Below, piece after piece: positions 20,847-30,505 of a DNA stretch of 64,000 bases. Position 1 is the stretch's first letter, and each line of letters opens with the position of its first letter. The notes beneath the pieces are model-generated. The model saw only the letters and a program-made list of their open reading frames with translations. It had not been told where the DNA came from and searched no databases. The stretch covers positions 64,001-128,000 of the forward strand of contig CAWJKZ010000012.1 of the NCBI GenBank assembly GCA_963843575.1, given 5' to 3'. Both the position numbers and the translations under genes were made by a program. This DNA is from an uncultured Acidobacteriota bacterium (GTDB taxonomy: Bacteria; Acidobacteriota; UBA6911).

Positions 20847-22700
20847 ATGTGCGGAATTGTGGGCTACATCGGCTCGAAGCCTGTCGTCTCGGTCATCCTG
20901 GAGGGTCTGAGAAAGCTCGAATACCGGGGCTATGACTCCGCCGGGATCGCGGTGGTGTCGCAGGGTACGGTTGCGGTGCGCCGGTCCTCGGGCAAGCTGG
21001 TCAACCTGAGGCGGTCACTCGAGAGCTCGCCGCTTGCGGGCGACTACGGGATCGGCCACACGCGCTGGGCCACGCACGGGCGCCCCACAGAGGAAAACGC
21101 GCACCCGCACAGGGACTGCACCGGCCGGATCGTGGTCGTGCACAACGGGATCGTCGAGAACTACCTGGACCTCAAGACCTGCCTGCAGCGGCAGGGGCAC
21201 GTCTTCGCCACCGAAACCGACACCGAGGTCATCGCCCACCTCGTCGAATCCTGCCTGCCGGGAAAGGATCTCGCCTCCGCCGTTTCGGCGGCGCTGGCGC
21301 AGGTGCGCGGGAGTTTCGCCGTCGGCATCATCTCGGCCGACCACCCCAACACGATCGTCGCGGCGCGCAGCGGTCCCCCTCTGATCGTGGGACTGGGGGA
21401 AGGCGAGCTGCTGCTGGCCTCCGACGTGCCCGCGGTGCTCGAACACACCCGCAACATGTACTTCCTGCGGGACGGGGAACTGGCCGTTCTCTCGCCCAGT
21501 GGCGTCAGCGTGCAGGATTTCTCGGGTCGCCCCGTCGCCTTCACGCCTCAGGAAATCCGGTGGAGCCCCGACATGGCCGAAAAAGGGGGATACCGCCATT
21601 TCATGCTCAAGGAGATCCACGAGCAGCCACGCTCGATCCGGGACACCATATCGGGCCGCATTTCGCTCGAGTCCGGGCAGGTCTTCCTCGAAGAGGCCAA
21701 CCTGCCCGAGGACGTCATCGCCGCCATCGACCGGATCCACATCGTTGCCTGCGGGACCTCCTGGCACGCTGCCCTCGTGGGCAAGTTCCTGATCGAAGAG
21801 ATGGCCCGCATACCGGTCGAGGTCGATTACGGCTCGGAGTTCCGTTACCGGGATCCCATCCTCGACCGACGCTGCCTCGTGGTCGCCATCAGCCAATCCG
21901 GAGAAACCGCCGACACGCTCGCCGCCGTGCGGGAGGCCAGGACGAAGGAGGCGCGCGTCCTGGCAATCTGCAACGTCGTCGGGAGCATGCTCTCGCGCGA
22001 GAGCGACGGCACGCTGTATACCCGCAGCGGCCCCGAAATCGGCGTGGCGTCGACCAAGGCGTTCACCGCGCAGCTCGTGGTCCTCCTCCTGCTCGCCCTG
22101 CGGCTGGCGTTGGTGCGTCGGCGCCTTGCGCCCGAGCACGCGGCACGCCTCCTGGCCGACCTCACGCTCGTGCCCCAAGGCCTGGACCAGCTGCTGGCAA
22201 GCGCGCCGAAGTACGAGAAGATCGCCCGCGCCATCTACAAGTACAACAACTCGCTCTTCCTCGGGCGCGGGATGCAATACCCGATCGCGCTCGAAGGCGC
22301 GCTGAAGCTGAAGGAAGTATCCTACATCCACGCCGAAGGATACCCCGCGGGGGAGATGAAACACGGCCCCAACGCCCTGATCGACGGCAACCTGCCGGTC
22401 GTGGCCCTGGCCGCCCGCGACTCGCGCGACCGGAAATCCGTCCTGCGATACGAAAAGATGCTGAGCAACATCGAGGAGGTGCGCGCCCGCGAGGGGGTCG
22501 TGATCGTCGTAGGCACCGAAGGGGACGAGAGGCTGGATGGTCTCGCACAGCACGTCATCCGCATCCCCGAGGTGGCCGACTGGCTCATCCCCATCCTCCT
22601 GCCCGTCCCGCTGCAGCTGCTTGCCTACCACGTCGCCGTACTGCGCGGCTGCGACGTAGACCAACCGCGCAACCTCGCCAAGAGCGTCACGGTCGAGTGA
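20847..22700 (+). CDS. glmS: Glutamine--fructose-6-phosphate aminotransferase
   Basis: [36 protein letters not shown]. Confidence 0.98.
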   Translation: MCGIVGYIGSKPVVSVILEGLRKLEYRGYDSAGIAVVSQGTVAVRRSSGKLVNLRRSLESSPLAGDYGIGHTRWATHGRPTEENAHPHRDCTGRIVVVHNGIVENYLDLKTCLQRQGHVFATETDTEVIAHLVESCLPGKDLASAVSAALAQVRGSFAVGIISADHPNTIVAARSGPPLIVGLGEGELLLASDVPAVLEHTRNMYFLRDGELAVLSPSGVSVQDFSGRPVAFTPQEIRWSPDMAEKGGYRHFMLKEIHEQPRSIRDTISGRISLESGQVFLEEANLPEDVIAAIDRIHIVACGTSWHAALVGKFLIEEMARIPVEVDYGSEFRYRDPILDRRCLVVAISQSGETADTLAAVREARTKEARVLAICNVVGSMLSRESDGTLYTRSGPEIGVASTKAFTAQLVVLLLLALRLALVRRRLAPEHAARLLADLTLVPQGLDQLLASAPKYEKIARAIYKYNNSLFLGRGMQYPIALEGALKLKEVSYIHAEGYPAGEMKHGPNALIDGNLPVVALAARDSRDRKSVLRYEKMLSNIEEVRAREGVVIVVGTEGDERLDGLAQHVIRIPEVADWLIPILLPVPLQLLAYHVAVLRGCDVDQPRNLAKSVTVE

Positions 22701-22842
22701 AACAACCGAGGACGCGAGGAGACCGCCGCTCCGGCTGGCGCCAACCGGGCTGCGGATCCCGGACCTTTCCCGTCGAAATCGGTCACTGCGATTCAGACAG
22801 TGCGCAGGCGACTCAAAATCCCTCGGACGCGGACGAACGCTG

Positions 22843-22876
22843 GCAAAGCTCGACGGGGCGCCCCATCGAGCTTTGC
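22843..22876. terminator. Hairpin downstream of glmS
   Basis: gcaaagctcga...tcgagctttgc 11-bp stem; no U-tract. Confidence 0.35.
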
Positions 22877-22897
22877 ACACGGATGAAAGCAAACTTA

Positions 22898-23124
22898 GTA
22901 CCACATTTCGCAAATACGCTAACGTATTCTTGGGATGGAGCTGGTCACCGATTGACAACAGCAGAACGCGGATCTTCCCGGATTTTACGGATTCACGCGG
23001 ATCGGCCGCGCCCGGCAGCCCTCGGGGAGGAACGCCGGGCGCGGCCTGCCACCAGGTGGAAATCCGCGTGCATCCGCCTCGATCCGCGTGCTGGAAACGT
23101 TAGCGTATTTCTGAACACGAGTAC
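22898..23124. mobile_element. Second MITE-like element, GTAC-ended imperfect TIRs, TTA duplication
   Basis: tta|gtaccacatttcgcaaatacgctaacgt ... acgttagcgtatttctgaacacgagtac|tta. Confidence 0.7.
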
Positions 23125-23127
23125 TTA

Positions 23128-23167
23128 GGGTTCGCGCAAGAATGAGTTCACATTTTGGCGCGAGCCC
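23128..23167. repeat. Solo end copy of the 10956..11195 element, hairpin-forming
   Basis: gggttcgcgcaagaatgagttcacattttggcgcgagccc. Confidence 0.75.
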
Positions 23168-23330
23168 CAAGCTACAACCTAAATCCGCGAGAACCCGCGT
23201 TCCAGGGAGTTTGCAGGATCCCCAGTGTCTGAATCGTCGAAACCGGTCACAAAAGTGTTGCTATCGGGAACAAACCTCAACTATTTTAGGTAGTTAAATT
23301 ACTAACCCATTACGCACTTCTAGGGGGGCT

Positions 23331-24671
23331 ATGGAGGAGAGAAAGGTTTCCCGGCGAGTATTCCTGGTAACGAGCACGGCGACCCTGATCGCCACCGGCG
23401 CGATGGCTCAGAAGAGGACTTTCCGGGCTGCCGGCTACAAGTCGCCGAACGAGAAACTGAACGTCGCGGCGATCGGAGCCGGGGGCAAGGGAGCTTCCGA
23501 CATCGACGGCTGTAACTCTGAAAACATCGTGGCCCTGTGCGATCCGGACTTCAAAACGGCAGCAAAGACGTTTTCCAAGTACCCGAACGCCAAGCAATAC
23601 AAAGACTTCCGTGTGATGTTCGACAAGGAGAGGAACATCGACGCGGTAACCATCGCGACGCCGGACCACTCGCACGCCGTGGCTGCGATGTGGGCGATGG
23701 AAAGCGGCGCGCACGTCTACGTGCAGAAGCCGCTGACCCACGACATCTACGAGGCCCGCAGGCTCACCGAGGCGGCCCGGAAATACAAAGTCGCCAGCCA
23801 GATGGGCAACCAGGGGCACTCGGGCGAGGGTACCCGGAAACTCTGCGAGATGATCTGGTCCGGCGTGATCGGCAACGTCACCGAGGTCCACGCCTGGACG
23901 AATCGTCCGATCTGGCCTCAGGGGATCACCGAACCGCTCCCGGCGGAGCCGTTGCCCGAATACATGGACTGGGACGTCTGGCTCGGACCGGCGGCCAACC
24001 GCCCGTACAACTCCAATTACGCTCCCTTCAAGTGGCGTGGCTGGTACGACTTCGGCTGCGGCGCGATCGGGGATATGGCATGCCACATCCTTGACCCGGC
24101 CAACTGGGCCTTGCAGCTGGGCCACCCGGTCAGCGTCGAATGCATCAACCAGGAAGGCAAAAACCCTTACACGTACCCGACGAAGTCCACCCTGCGGTAT
24201 GACTTCCCTTCGCGGGGATCCATGCCTCCGGTCAGCATCTACTGGTATGACGGCGGTCTTTTCCCACCCAGGCCCGCAGGGATTCCAGCCGATTGTATCC
24301 TGGGCGACAAGCCGAAGGGCGACAACGGATCTATTTTCATCGGCGAGCGGGGAGTCATCACCACCGGCACGTATGGCGAGGGTACACGCCTGATCCCCGA
24401 CGAGAAGATGAAAGAGTACGAGTTCCCGTCGCAGGTCCTGACCCGCTCCCCGGGTCACTACCGCGACTGGATCCGCGCCTGCAAGGGCGGCGCCCCGGCC
24501 TGCTCCAACTTCGACTACTCCGGCCCGTTCACCGAGTGGGTCCTGCTCGGACCCATCGCGCTCAGGCACGAGGGAAAGCTGATGTGGGACGGCCCCCGGA
24601 TGAAGATCACCAACGTGCGCGCCGCCAACGAGTGGGTGCGTCGCCCCTACCGCAAGGGGTGGAGACTCTAG
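23331..24671 (+). CDS. Tat-exported Gfo/Idh/MocA oxidoreductase
   Basis: SRRVFL Tat motif, AAIGAGGKG, ATPDHSH, YVQKPL, GDMACH. Confidence 0.92.
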   Translation: MEERKVSRRVFLVTSTATLIATGAMAQKRTFRAAGYKSPNEKLNVAAIGAGGKGASDIDGCNSENIVALCDPDFKTAAKTFSKYPNAKQYKDFRVMFDKERNIDAVTIATPDHSHAVAAMWAMESGAHVYVQKPLTHDIYEARRLTEAARKYKVASQMGNQGHSGEGTRKLCEMIWSGVIGNVTEVHAWTNRPIWPQGITEPLPAEPLPEYMDWDVWLGPAANRPYNSNYAPFKWRGWYDFGCGAIGDMACHILDPANWALQLGHPVSVECINQEGKNPYTYPTKSTLRYDFPSRGSMPPVSIYWYDGGLFPPRPAGIPADCILGDKPKGDNGSIFIGERGVITTGTYGEGTRLIPDEKMKEYEFPSQVLTRSPGHYRDWIRACKGGAPACSNFDYSGPFTEWVLLGPIALRHEGKLMWDGPRMKITNVRAANEWVRRPYRKGWRL

Positions 24672-24737
24672 CGCACCGCTGTCGAGGAGGCGCCGTCCCG
24701 GAAGCGACGTCGAGCCATGTGGGCATCCCGTCGCGCA

Positions 24738-24778
24738 TTTGGCGCACGGCGCCTCGTCGCGAAGCGCCGTGCGCCAAA
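24738..24778. terminator. Hairpin between convergent genes (possible bidirectional terminator)
   Basis: tttggcgcacggcgc...gcgccgtgcgccaaa 15-bp stem. Confidence 0.5.
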
Positions 24779-24895
24779 CGCCGGGAGCCGGACCGGGCCG
24801 TTCCGAGGGCTTCAGTGCTTTCCGTGGCAGGTTATTGATCTGCGTGGGACCGCGTCTATCAGCGTCCGAAAGAAGCGGGCCGCCGCCCGCCATGA

Positions 24896-25873
24896 CTAGC
24901 GGGCGTTCAGACGCAGGCGATTCGCTTCCAGGGAGCGGCGCATCGCGGGCGCGAACGGCGAGTCCGGGTGCAGTCGCAGAAACTCCTCGAGTTCCCGAAC
25001 CACCGAGGGCACATCCCCGCGGGTGCCGTAAATCTCCATCAGGGTGAGCTGGGGATAGGCAAAGTGCGCCGGGTCCAGGGTCTTGGCCTCGCGCAGGTGC
25101 TCTTCCGCCGCGTCCAACTGACCGAGCATGAAATAGTTCCTGCCCAGCTGGACCTGCGCCAGCGCGTCGTCCGGCTTTGCTTGCACGGCGCGCAGGTTGA
25201 GCGGCAGAGCTTCTTTCGGCCTGTTCCGGGTCAGCAGCGTGCCTCCCAGGTTCACTAGAGGCGAGTAAGCGCGCTCGTCGCGCTTCAAGGCCTCGCGAAA
25301 GTACTGCTCGGCTTCACCGTACCGCTTCGTCTGATAGGCGATCGTGCCCAACTGGTTCCAGGCCAGGGCGAACTGGGGCGCGATCTCGACCGCCCTCTTG
25401 AGGAAACCGATCGCGCCAGGCAGGTCCCCGCTCCCCAGCCGCTCCTGCGCTTTCGCATACTGTTTCCAGGCTCTCTCGGAAACCGAGAGCTCGGCGGCCG
25501 AAACCGCGTGGTCGCGTTCCACGATCGCGTTTTCGTCGAACATGATCAGGACAGACACCTCTCCCTTGGCATCCGCAGAACTTGGACCGACCTCCACGCT
25601 CTTGCGGACTTCTCCCGACTGCGGCACGGCCGCGACCAGCAGGTACAGGCCTTTCGGCAGGCGCTTGAATCGGAACTTGCCGTCGACATTGGCCTCGGTG
25701 CGGACACTGAAAGGAGTCACCGCCCCCTGCAAAAAGACGACGGGGACCACCTGTTTCGGAAACGGCTTTTCGTCCGCCTGCAGGATTTTCCCCGTCAAAC
25801 TGAAGGTCTTCTCCCCAGCTTGCGCCGGGAAAGCGGCAGCGAGGACGGCGATGCACAGGAACAACCGGGGCAT
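24896..25873 (-). CDS. Secreted carboxypeptidase-regulatory-like + TPR protein
   Basis: Signal peptide, DGKFRFKRLPKGLY beta-sandwich, several TPRs. Confidence 0.82.
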   Translation of the reverse strand: MPRLFLCIAVLAAAFPAQAGEKTFSLTGKILQADEKPFPKQVVPVVFLQGAVTPFSVRTEANVDGKFRFKRLPKGLYLLVAAVPQSGEVRKSVEVGPSSADAKGEVSVLIMFDENAIVERDHAVSAAELSVSERAWKQYAKAQERLGSGDLPGAIGFLKRAVEIAPQFALAWNQLGTIAYQTKRYGEAEQYFREALKRDERAYSPLVNLGGTLLTRNRPKEALPLNLRAVQAKPDDALAQVQLGRNYFMLGQLDAAEEHLREAKTLDPAHFAYPQLTLMEIYGTRGDVPSVVRELEEFLRLHPDSPFAPAMRRSLEANRLRLNAR

Positions 25874-26042
25874 GGTTTTTTCAGGGTAATCGCTCTGCCG
25901 CAAAAAATCCAAAACAAAAGCTCTGGAAGTGTGCCGAAGCTCGGCCTTCTCATACTTCGAGAACTGCGTGGTGGGGCGCCGCAATGTCGCGCTCCGGCGT
26001 GGCGTGGAAGCGCAGGGCATTCCGGCCTCAAGGCGTAGGCGT

Positions 26043-26069
26043 AGAGCGGCGCCGAGACGCCGCACTCCA
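26043..26069 (-). repeat. REP family 2 unit
   Basis: Reverse complement tggagtgcggcgtctcggcgccgctct, similar to 35003..35030. Confidence 0.65.
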
Positions 26070-26106
26070 CAGGCACTCCCGATCTGCTATCCTCTGTAAG
26101 GAATAC

Positions 26107-27324
26107 ATGGAACTGAAGTTCGAAGATCGCGAAGGGAAAGCGGTATTGGTCAACGTCCGGCAAAATGCCGTTACCGTCGCGCTGGATGGCGTCGACGTGC
26201 TGACCTTCGACCGCGCCGGGAGGCTCGTCACCGCAGTGCTGGCCGGGCACACGTACAGGAGGGGGCTCGACGGACGCGTCCTGGAAAAGTGGCGTGAACG
26301 GGCGGGCGGCTCGACCGCACGGCGCCGGCGCCTGCTGACGGGCCCGCAGGCCTGCTCAGTGATCGACAGGGTCCAGGGCGAGGTTCGGGCGGCGGTGGCC
26401 GCCCTCGAGCATTACCCCGCCCTGCGGGACGACGCCCAGGAAATCGCCGCGGCACTGGAGTGCCTCTCCCGGTTCGATGCCGAGTCGTTGGCGCAAGACA
26501 CCGCCCAACTGTCGCGCATATACCGCCCGGTCGCGATATTGCCTCCCGACCAATACCTCGCACTGGTACTGCAAATCACCGAAGGGTGCAGCTACAATCG
26601 CTGCGCATTCTGCGGTTTCTACCGCGATCGCCCGTTCCGCATCAAGAGCCCCGGCGAAATCGAATCCCACATCGCAGCCGTCGCCGCTTTTCTGGGCCCC
26701 GGCATCACGCTGCGCCGCTCCGTGTTCCTGGCGGACGCCAACGCCCTTTGCCTGCCGCTCGAGCGGCTGCTGCCGCTGCTGGAGTTGGTCAATGCGCGCC
26801 TGGAACCCTTGCTCTGCGCAGGTTCGCGGGGCATCTACTCGTTCGTCGACACCTTCTCCGACAGGCAGCGCACTGCCGCCGACTACGCTGAACTGGGCAG
26901 GCGCAACGTCCGCCGCCTCGATCTGGGCGTCGAGACGGGTTCCCGCGAACTCCTGACACTGCTCCGCAAGCCGCAACAACCGGGGGAAATCGCCGAAACG
27001 ATCCGGGCCATCAAGAGGGGCGGATTGAACGTCGGCGCGATCCTGATGCTCGGCGTCGGAGGACGCGAGTACGCCGAAAAGCACGTCGAGGAAAGCACCC
27101 GGCTGCTCAACTCCATTCCCTGGAGCCGCGGCGATGTCGTTTTTCTCTCGGAGTTTGTGTCGTTTCCGGGCCTCGAGTACCCGGACCTGGCGCGCGAGGC
27201 CGGCATCCGACTGCTCTCGCCCGGGGAGACGGCCGCGCAGTATCGGGCCTTGGCCGCCGGCGTCAGGCGCGAGGGGTCATGGCCGAAAATCGCTCCCTAT
27301 AACGCGGAGGAATTTATATACTAG
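26107..27324 (+). CDS. Radical SAM protein with N-terminal extension
   Basis: LQITEGCSYNRCAFCGFY, VFLADANAL, LGVETG; AAGGA RBS. Confidence 0.87.
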   Translation: MELKFEDREGKAVLVNVRQNAVTVALDGVDVLTFDRAGRLVTAVLAGHTYRRGLDGRVLEKWRERAGGSTARRRRLLTGPQACSVIDRVQGEVRAAVAALEHYPALRDDAQEIAAALECLSRFDAESLAQDTAQLSRIYRPVAILPPDQYLALVLQITEGCSYNRCAFCGFYRDRPFRIKSPGEIESHIAAVAAFLGPGITLRRSVFLADANALCLPLERLLPLLELVNARLEPLLCAGSRGIYSFVDTFSDRQRTAADYAELGRRNVRRLDLGVETGSRELLTLLRKPQQPGEIAETIRAIKRGGLNVGAILMLGVGGREYAEKHVEESTRLLNSIPWSRGDVVFLSEFVSFPGLEYPDLAREAGIRLLSPGETAAQYRALAAGVRREGSWPKIAPYNAEEFIY

Positions 27325-27435
27325 CGGCTCCCGAAATCCAGCAGTGGACTGGTGAGGCGCACCCGGCGCGGCGAGCGAGCCGAACGGCAGGGCAACGTGC
27401 GGCTCCTGGCTGCTGTCCGCACGGAGTATGAAGGA

Positions 27436-28017
27436 ATGGAAAACCTGGAGAGAAACCTCGCACAAATAACCCTGGCGCCTTATATCGTCAAGGGGATGGC
27501 CCTGATCGGCGTGCGCCGCAAGGCCGGCAGCAACATGTTTCGCCATCAGATCGCCACATTGGGCATCCTGCTGGACTACAAGTACATCGATCCTGTACTC
27601 CTCAAGGCCGCCGTCATCCACGACCTGTTCGAGGACGCCCCCGGCATGCCGGGTGTCAACCGCGACGAGATCATCGCCATCGACCCGGACGGCCCCGCCG
27701 TTTACGAACTTGTCATGGAAGTCACCATCCGGCTCTCCGACGGGCACCGCGAGCCCAAATCCACCTACCTCAAGCGCATCCTGGAAACCGGCAGCCCCAG
27801 GGCGAAGATCCTTAAGCTCGCGGACCGGATCAGCAACATGACCTCGCTCGGCTTTGTCCACGAGGAGCGGTTCATCCGCAAGTACCTCGCCGAGACCCGC
27901 GAGATGGTCCTCCCGTACGCGCAGGCGATCAACCGGAACATGTTCCTGGAGCTGTCCGACCTGGTCGCGGACCGGGAAGAAAAACTGGCGTTGCTCGAGC
28001 TCAAGAAGTCCGGCTGA
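27436..28017 (+). CDS. Stand-alone RelA/SpoT-type HD hydrolase (small alarmone hydrolase/Mesh1-like)
   Basis: AAVIHDLFED, LVMEVT, KLADRISN. Confidence 0.75.
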   Translation: MENLERNLAQITLAPYIVKGMALIGVRRKAGSNMFRHQIATLGILLDYKYIDPVLLKAAVIHDLFEDAPGMPGVNRDEIIAIDPDGPAVYELVMEVTIRLSDGHREPKSTYLKRILETGSPRAKILKLADRISNMTSLGFVHEERFIRKYLAETREMVLPYAQAINRNMFLELSDLVADREEKLALLELKKSG

Positions 28018-28118
28018 CCGGACCGCCGGGGCCCCGGCTTTCGGTTTCCCGCGCGGCGAGCGCCTGCCGCCCCCTTTTTACCGACGTCCCAAAAGCAATT
28101 CTGCTAGGATGGCTGTGC

Positions 28119-30399
28119 ATGGATCTGCTCGCAAACCTCAACCCGCAACAGCGTCTCGCGGTGGAACACGGGAGGGGACCGGCCCTGGTCCTGGCCGGAG
28201 CCGGCAGCGGGAAGACCCGGGTCATCGCGCACCGCATCGCCTACCTGGTCTGCAACGGCTCCGCGCGCCCCGAAAACATCCTGGCGGTCACGTTCACCAA
28301 CAAGGCCGCCGCCGAGATGAGGGAACGGGTCCAGGCGCTCCTCGGGCCCACGCGCACGTCGGAACCGCTCATCTCCACGTTTCATTCGTTCTGCGTGCGT
28401 CTCCTGCGGCGCGAGATCCAGAGGCTGCAGTACCGCAAGGATTTCTCGATCTACGACACCGAGGACCAGAAGCGGCTCGTGAAACAGCTGCTGGGCGAAT
28501 CGCGCCTGAGCGAGTCCGATTTCAAGCCGCGCGATGTCCTGAGCCGGATCAGCTACGCCAAAAACCACGGGATCGCGCCCGCGCAGTACGAGGGCCGCTT
28601 CCCCTCGGCCGAAGCCGAGGACGTCGCCGCGCTGTATCTGCGGTACGACACCCGGTTGCGCCAGGCCAACGCGCTCGATTTCGACGACCTGCTGCTCAAG
28701 AGCGTCGAGCTGCTCGAACGGTTCCCGGACATGCGAGACTACTACAGCGACTGGTACCGGTACCTCCTGGTGGACGAGTACCAGGACACGAACCGGCCGC
28801 AGTACGACCTCCTGCGTCTGCTCACGTCGAAACACCGCAACCTGTTCGTCGTCGGGGACGAGGACCAGTCCATCTACAAGTTCCGGGGCGCCAACATCCA
28901 GAACATCCTCAGGTTCGAAAAGGACTTCCCCGGCGCCAGGATCATCAAGCTTGAACAGAACTACCGATCGACCCAGAATATCCTGCAGCGTCGCGGGCGC
29001 GGTGGTGGCCAACAACACCGAACGCAAGGGCAAAACCCTCTGGACCGAGAACGCGACCGGCGATGTCGTTACGGTTCACCGCTCGCTCTCCGGCCGCTCC
29101 GAGGCACTCTGGGTCGCCGACCGGATAAGGGAAATCCTCGAGGAGAACCCGGACTACAAGCTGGCCGTGCTCTACCGCGCCAACTTTATCTCCCGCAATT
29201 TCGAGGATGTGTTGACCGAGGAAGGGATCGCCTACGCCGTCGTCGGCAGCGTCGCCTTCTTCGGCCGGACGGAAGTGAAGGACATGCTCGCCTACCTCCG
29301 GCTGGTCTTCAACCCGGAGGACGACATCGCGCTGCTTCGCATCCTCAACACCCCACCGCGCGGCATCGGGAGCGGGACGGCGGACGTGCTGACCCGCACG
29401 GCCCTCGAGCGCGGCATCCCAATCTACCGCGCGATTCCCGAGCTGCTGAAAAGCCCGGCGCTCGCCGGGCGCAGCTCCAAGGCGCTGGCCCGGTTCCAGG
29501 AAATGGTCGAGGGATGGATGCAGATCCGGGACACTCTCCCGCCGGGCGAACTCCTGGAGCGCATCGCGTCGGAAGTGCAGTACCGGGAGATGCTCGAGAA
29601 ACAGGAAAGCGCGCAGGACGCCGAGGCGCGGGTCGACAACATCGAGGAGCTCATCCGGGCGGCCGCCGAGTCGCAGGAACGGGGCGAGAGCGTGTTCGAA
29701 TTCCTGGACCGCGCCTCCCTCTCCTCCGAACTCGACCAGTTCGACCCGAGCGCCCGCGTGGTGCTGATGACGCTCCACAGCGCGAAGGGGCTCGAGTTCG
29801 ACGTCGTTTTCCTGGCAGGCATGGAGGAGGGGCTGTTCCCGCACTCCCAGTCCATGAACAGCAAGGAGGACCTCGAGGAAGAGCGGCGGCTCTGCTACGT
29901 CGGCATCACCCGTGCCCGCCGAAAGCTCTACCTGACGTGGACGCCGTTCCGCCGCAACTTCGGCCCGGACGCCGGCATGCAGTCCATTGCCTCGCGGTTT
30001 CTCCAGGAGATGCCGGCCGACCTGGTCGAGGGACTCGAGGCGAGTTCGGGATACCTGTACGAGCCCGACGCGGAGTATCGTCGTCGGGAAGAGGACGAGG
30101 CCCGGACGATTTATCGCCGCAGACCGGAGCAGTCGCCACAGCCGGCGGGCCCAACCTCCATCGCGGAACTCAAAGCCTACCTGCAGCGGCAGGCCGACCC
30201 GGCCAAAGCCGGGGAAGGAAGACCGCGAGCCCGGCATCCACTCTGAAGTCCGGCACACGCGTGCGCCACGCGCAATTCGGCGACGGCATCGTGCTCAGCC
30301 GGGAGCGCGTCGGCAACGACGTCAAGCTGGTGATCACATTCAGCAGGGTGGGCAGAAAGACCCTGATCGAAAGGTACGCGAAACTCCAGGCGCTCCTAA
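28119..30399 (+). CDS. pcrA: ATP-dependent DNA helicase PcrA/UvrD (frameshifted)
   Basis: AGAGSGKT, DEYQDTN, GDEDQSIY, LEQNYRS, TLHSAKGLEF, EEERRLCYVGITRA, C-terminal Tudor-like RVRHAQFGDG. Confidence 0.95.
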
Positions 30400-30505
30400 A
30401 GCGGATTCCTCGAGTTTCCTTTCGAGCCTTGATGACCGGCGCGGGGCCCACCGCGGGCCCACCCGGGCTCAGGGCAGGACTCGCCGCGCAGACCCCGGGA
30501 TTTCT

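Noticed and set aside
22700-23330. CRISPR array or Tn7 insertion at attTn7
   Set aside because: No regularly spaced identical repeats with unique spacers, no cas/tns genes and no recognisable Tn7 ends.
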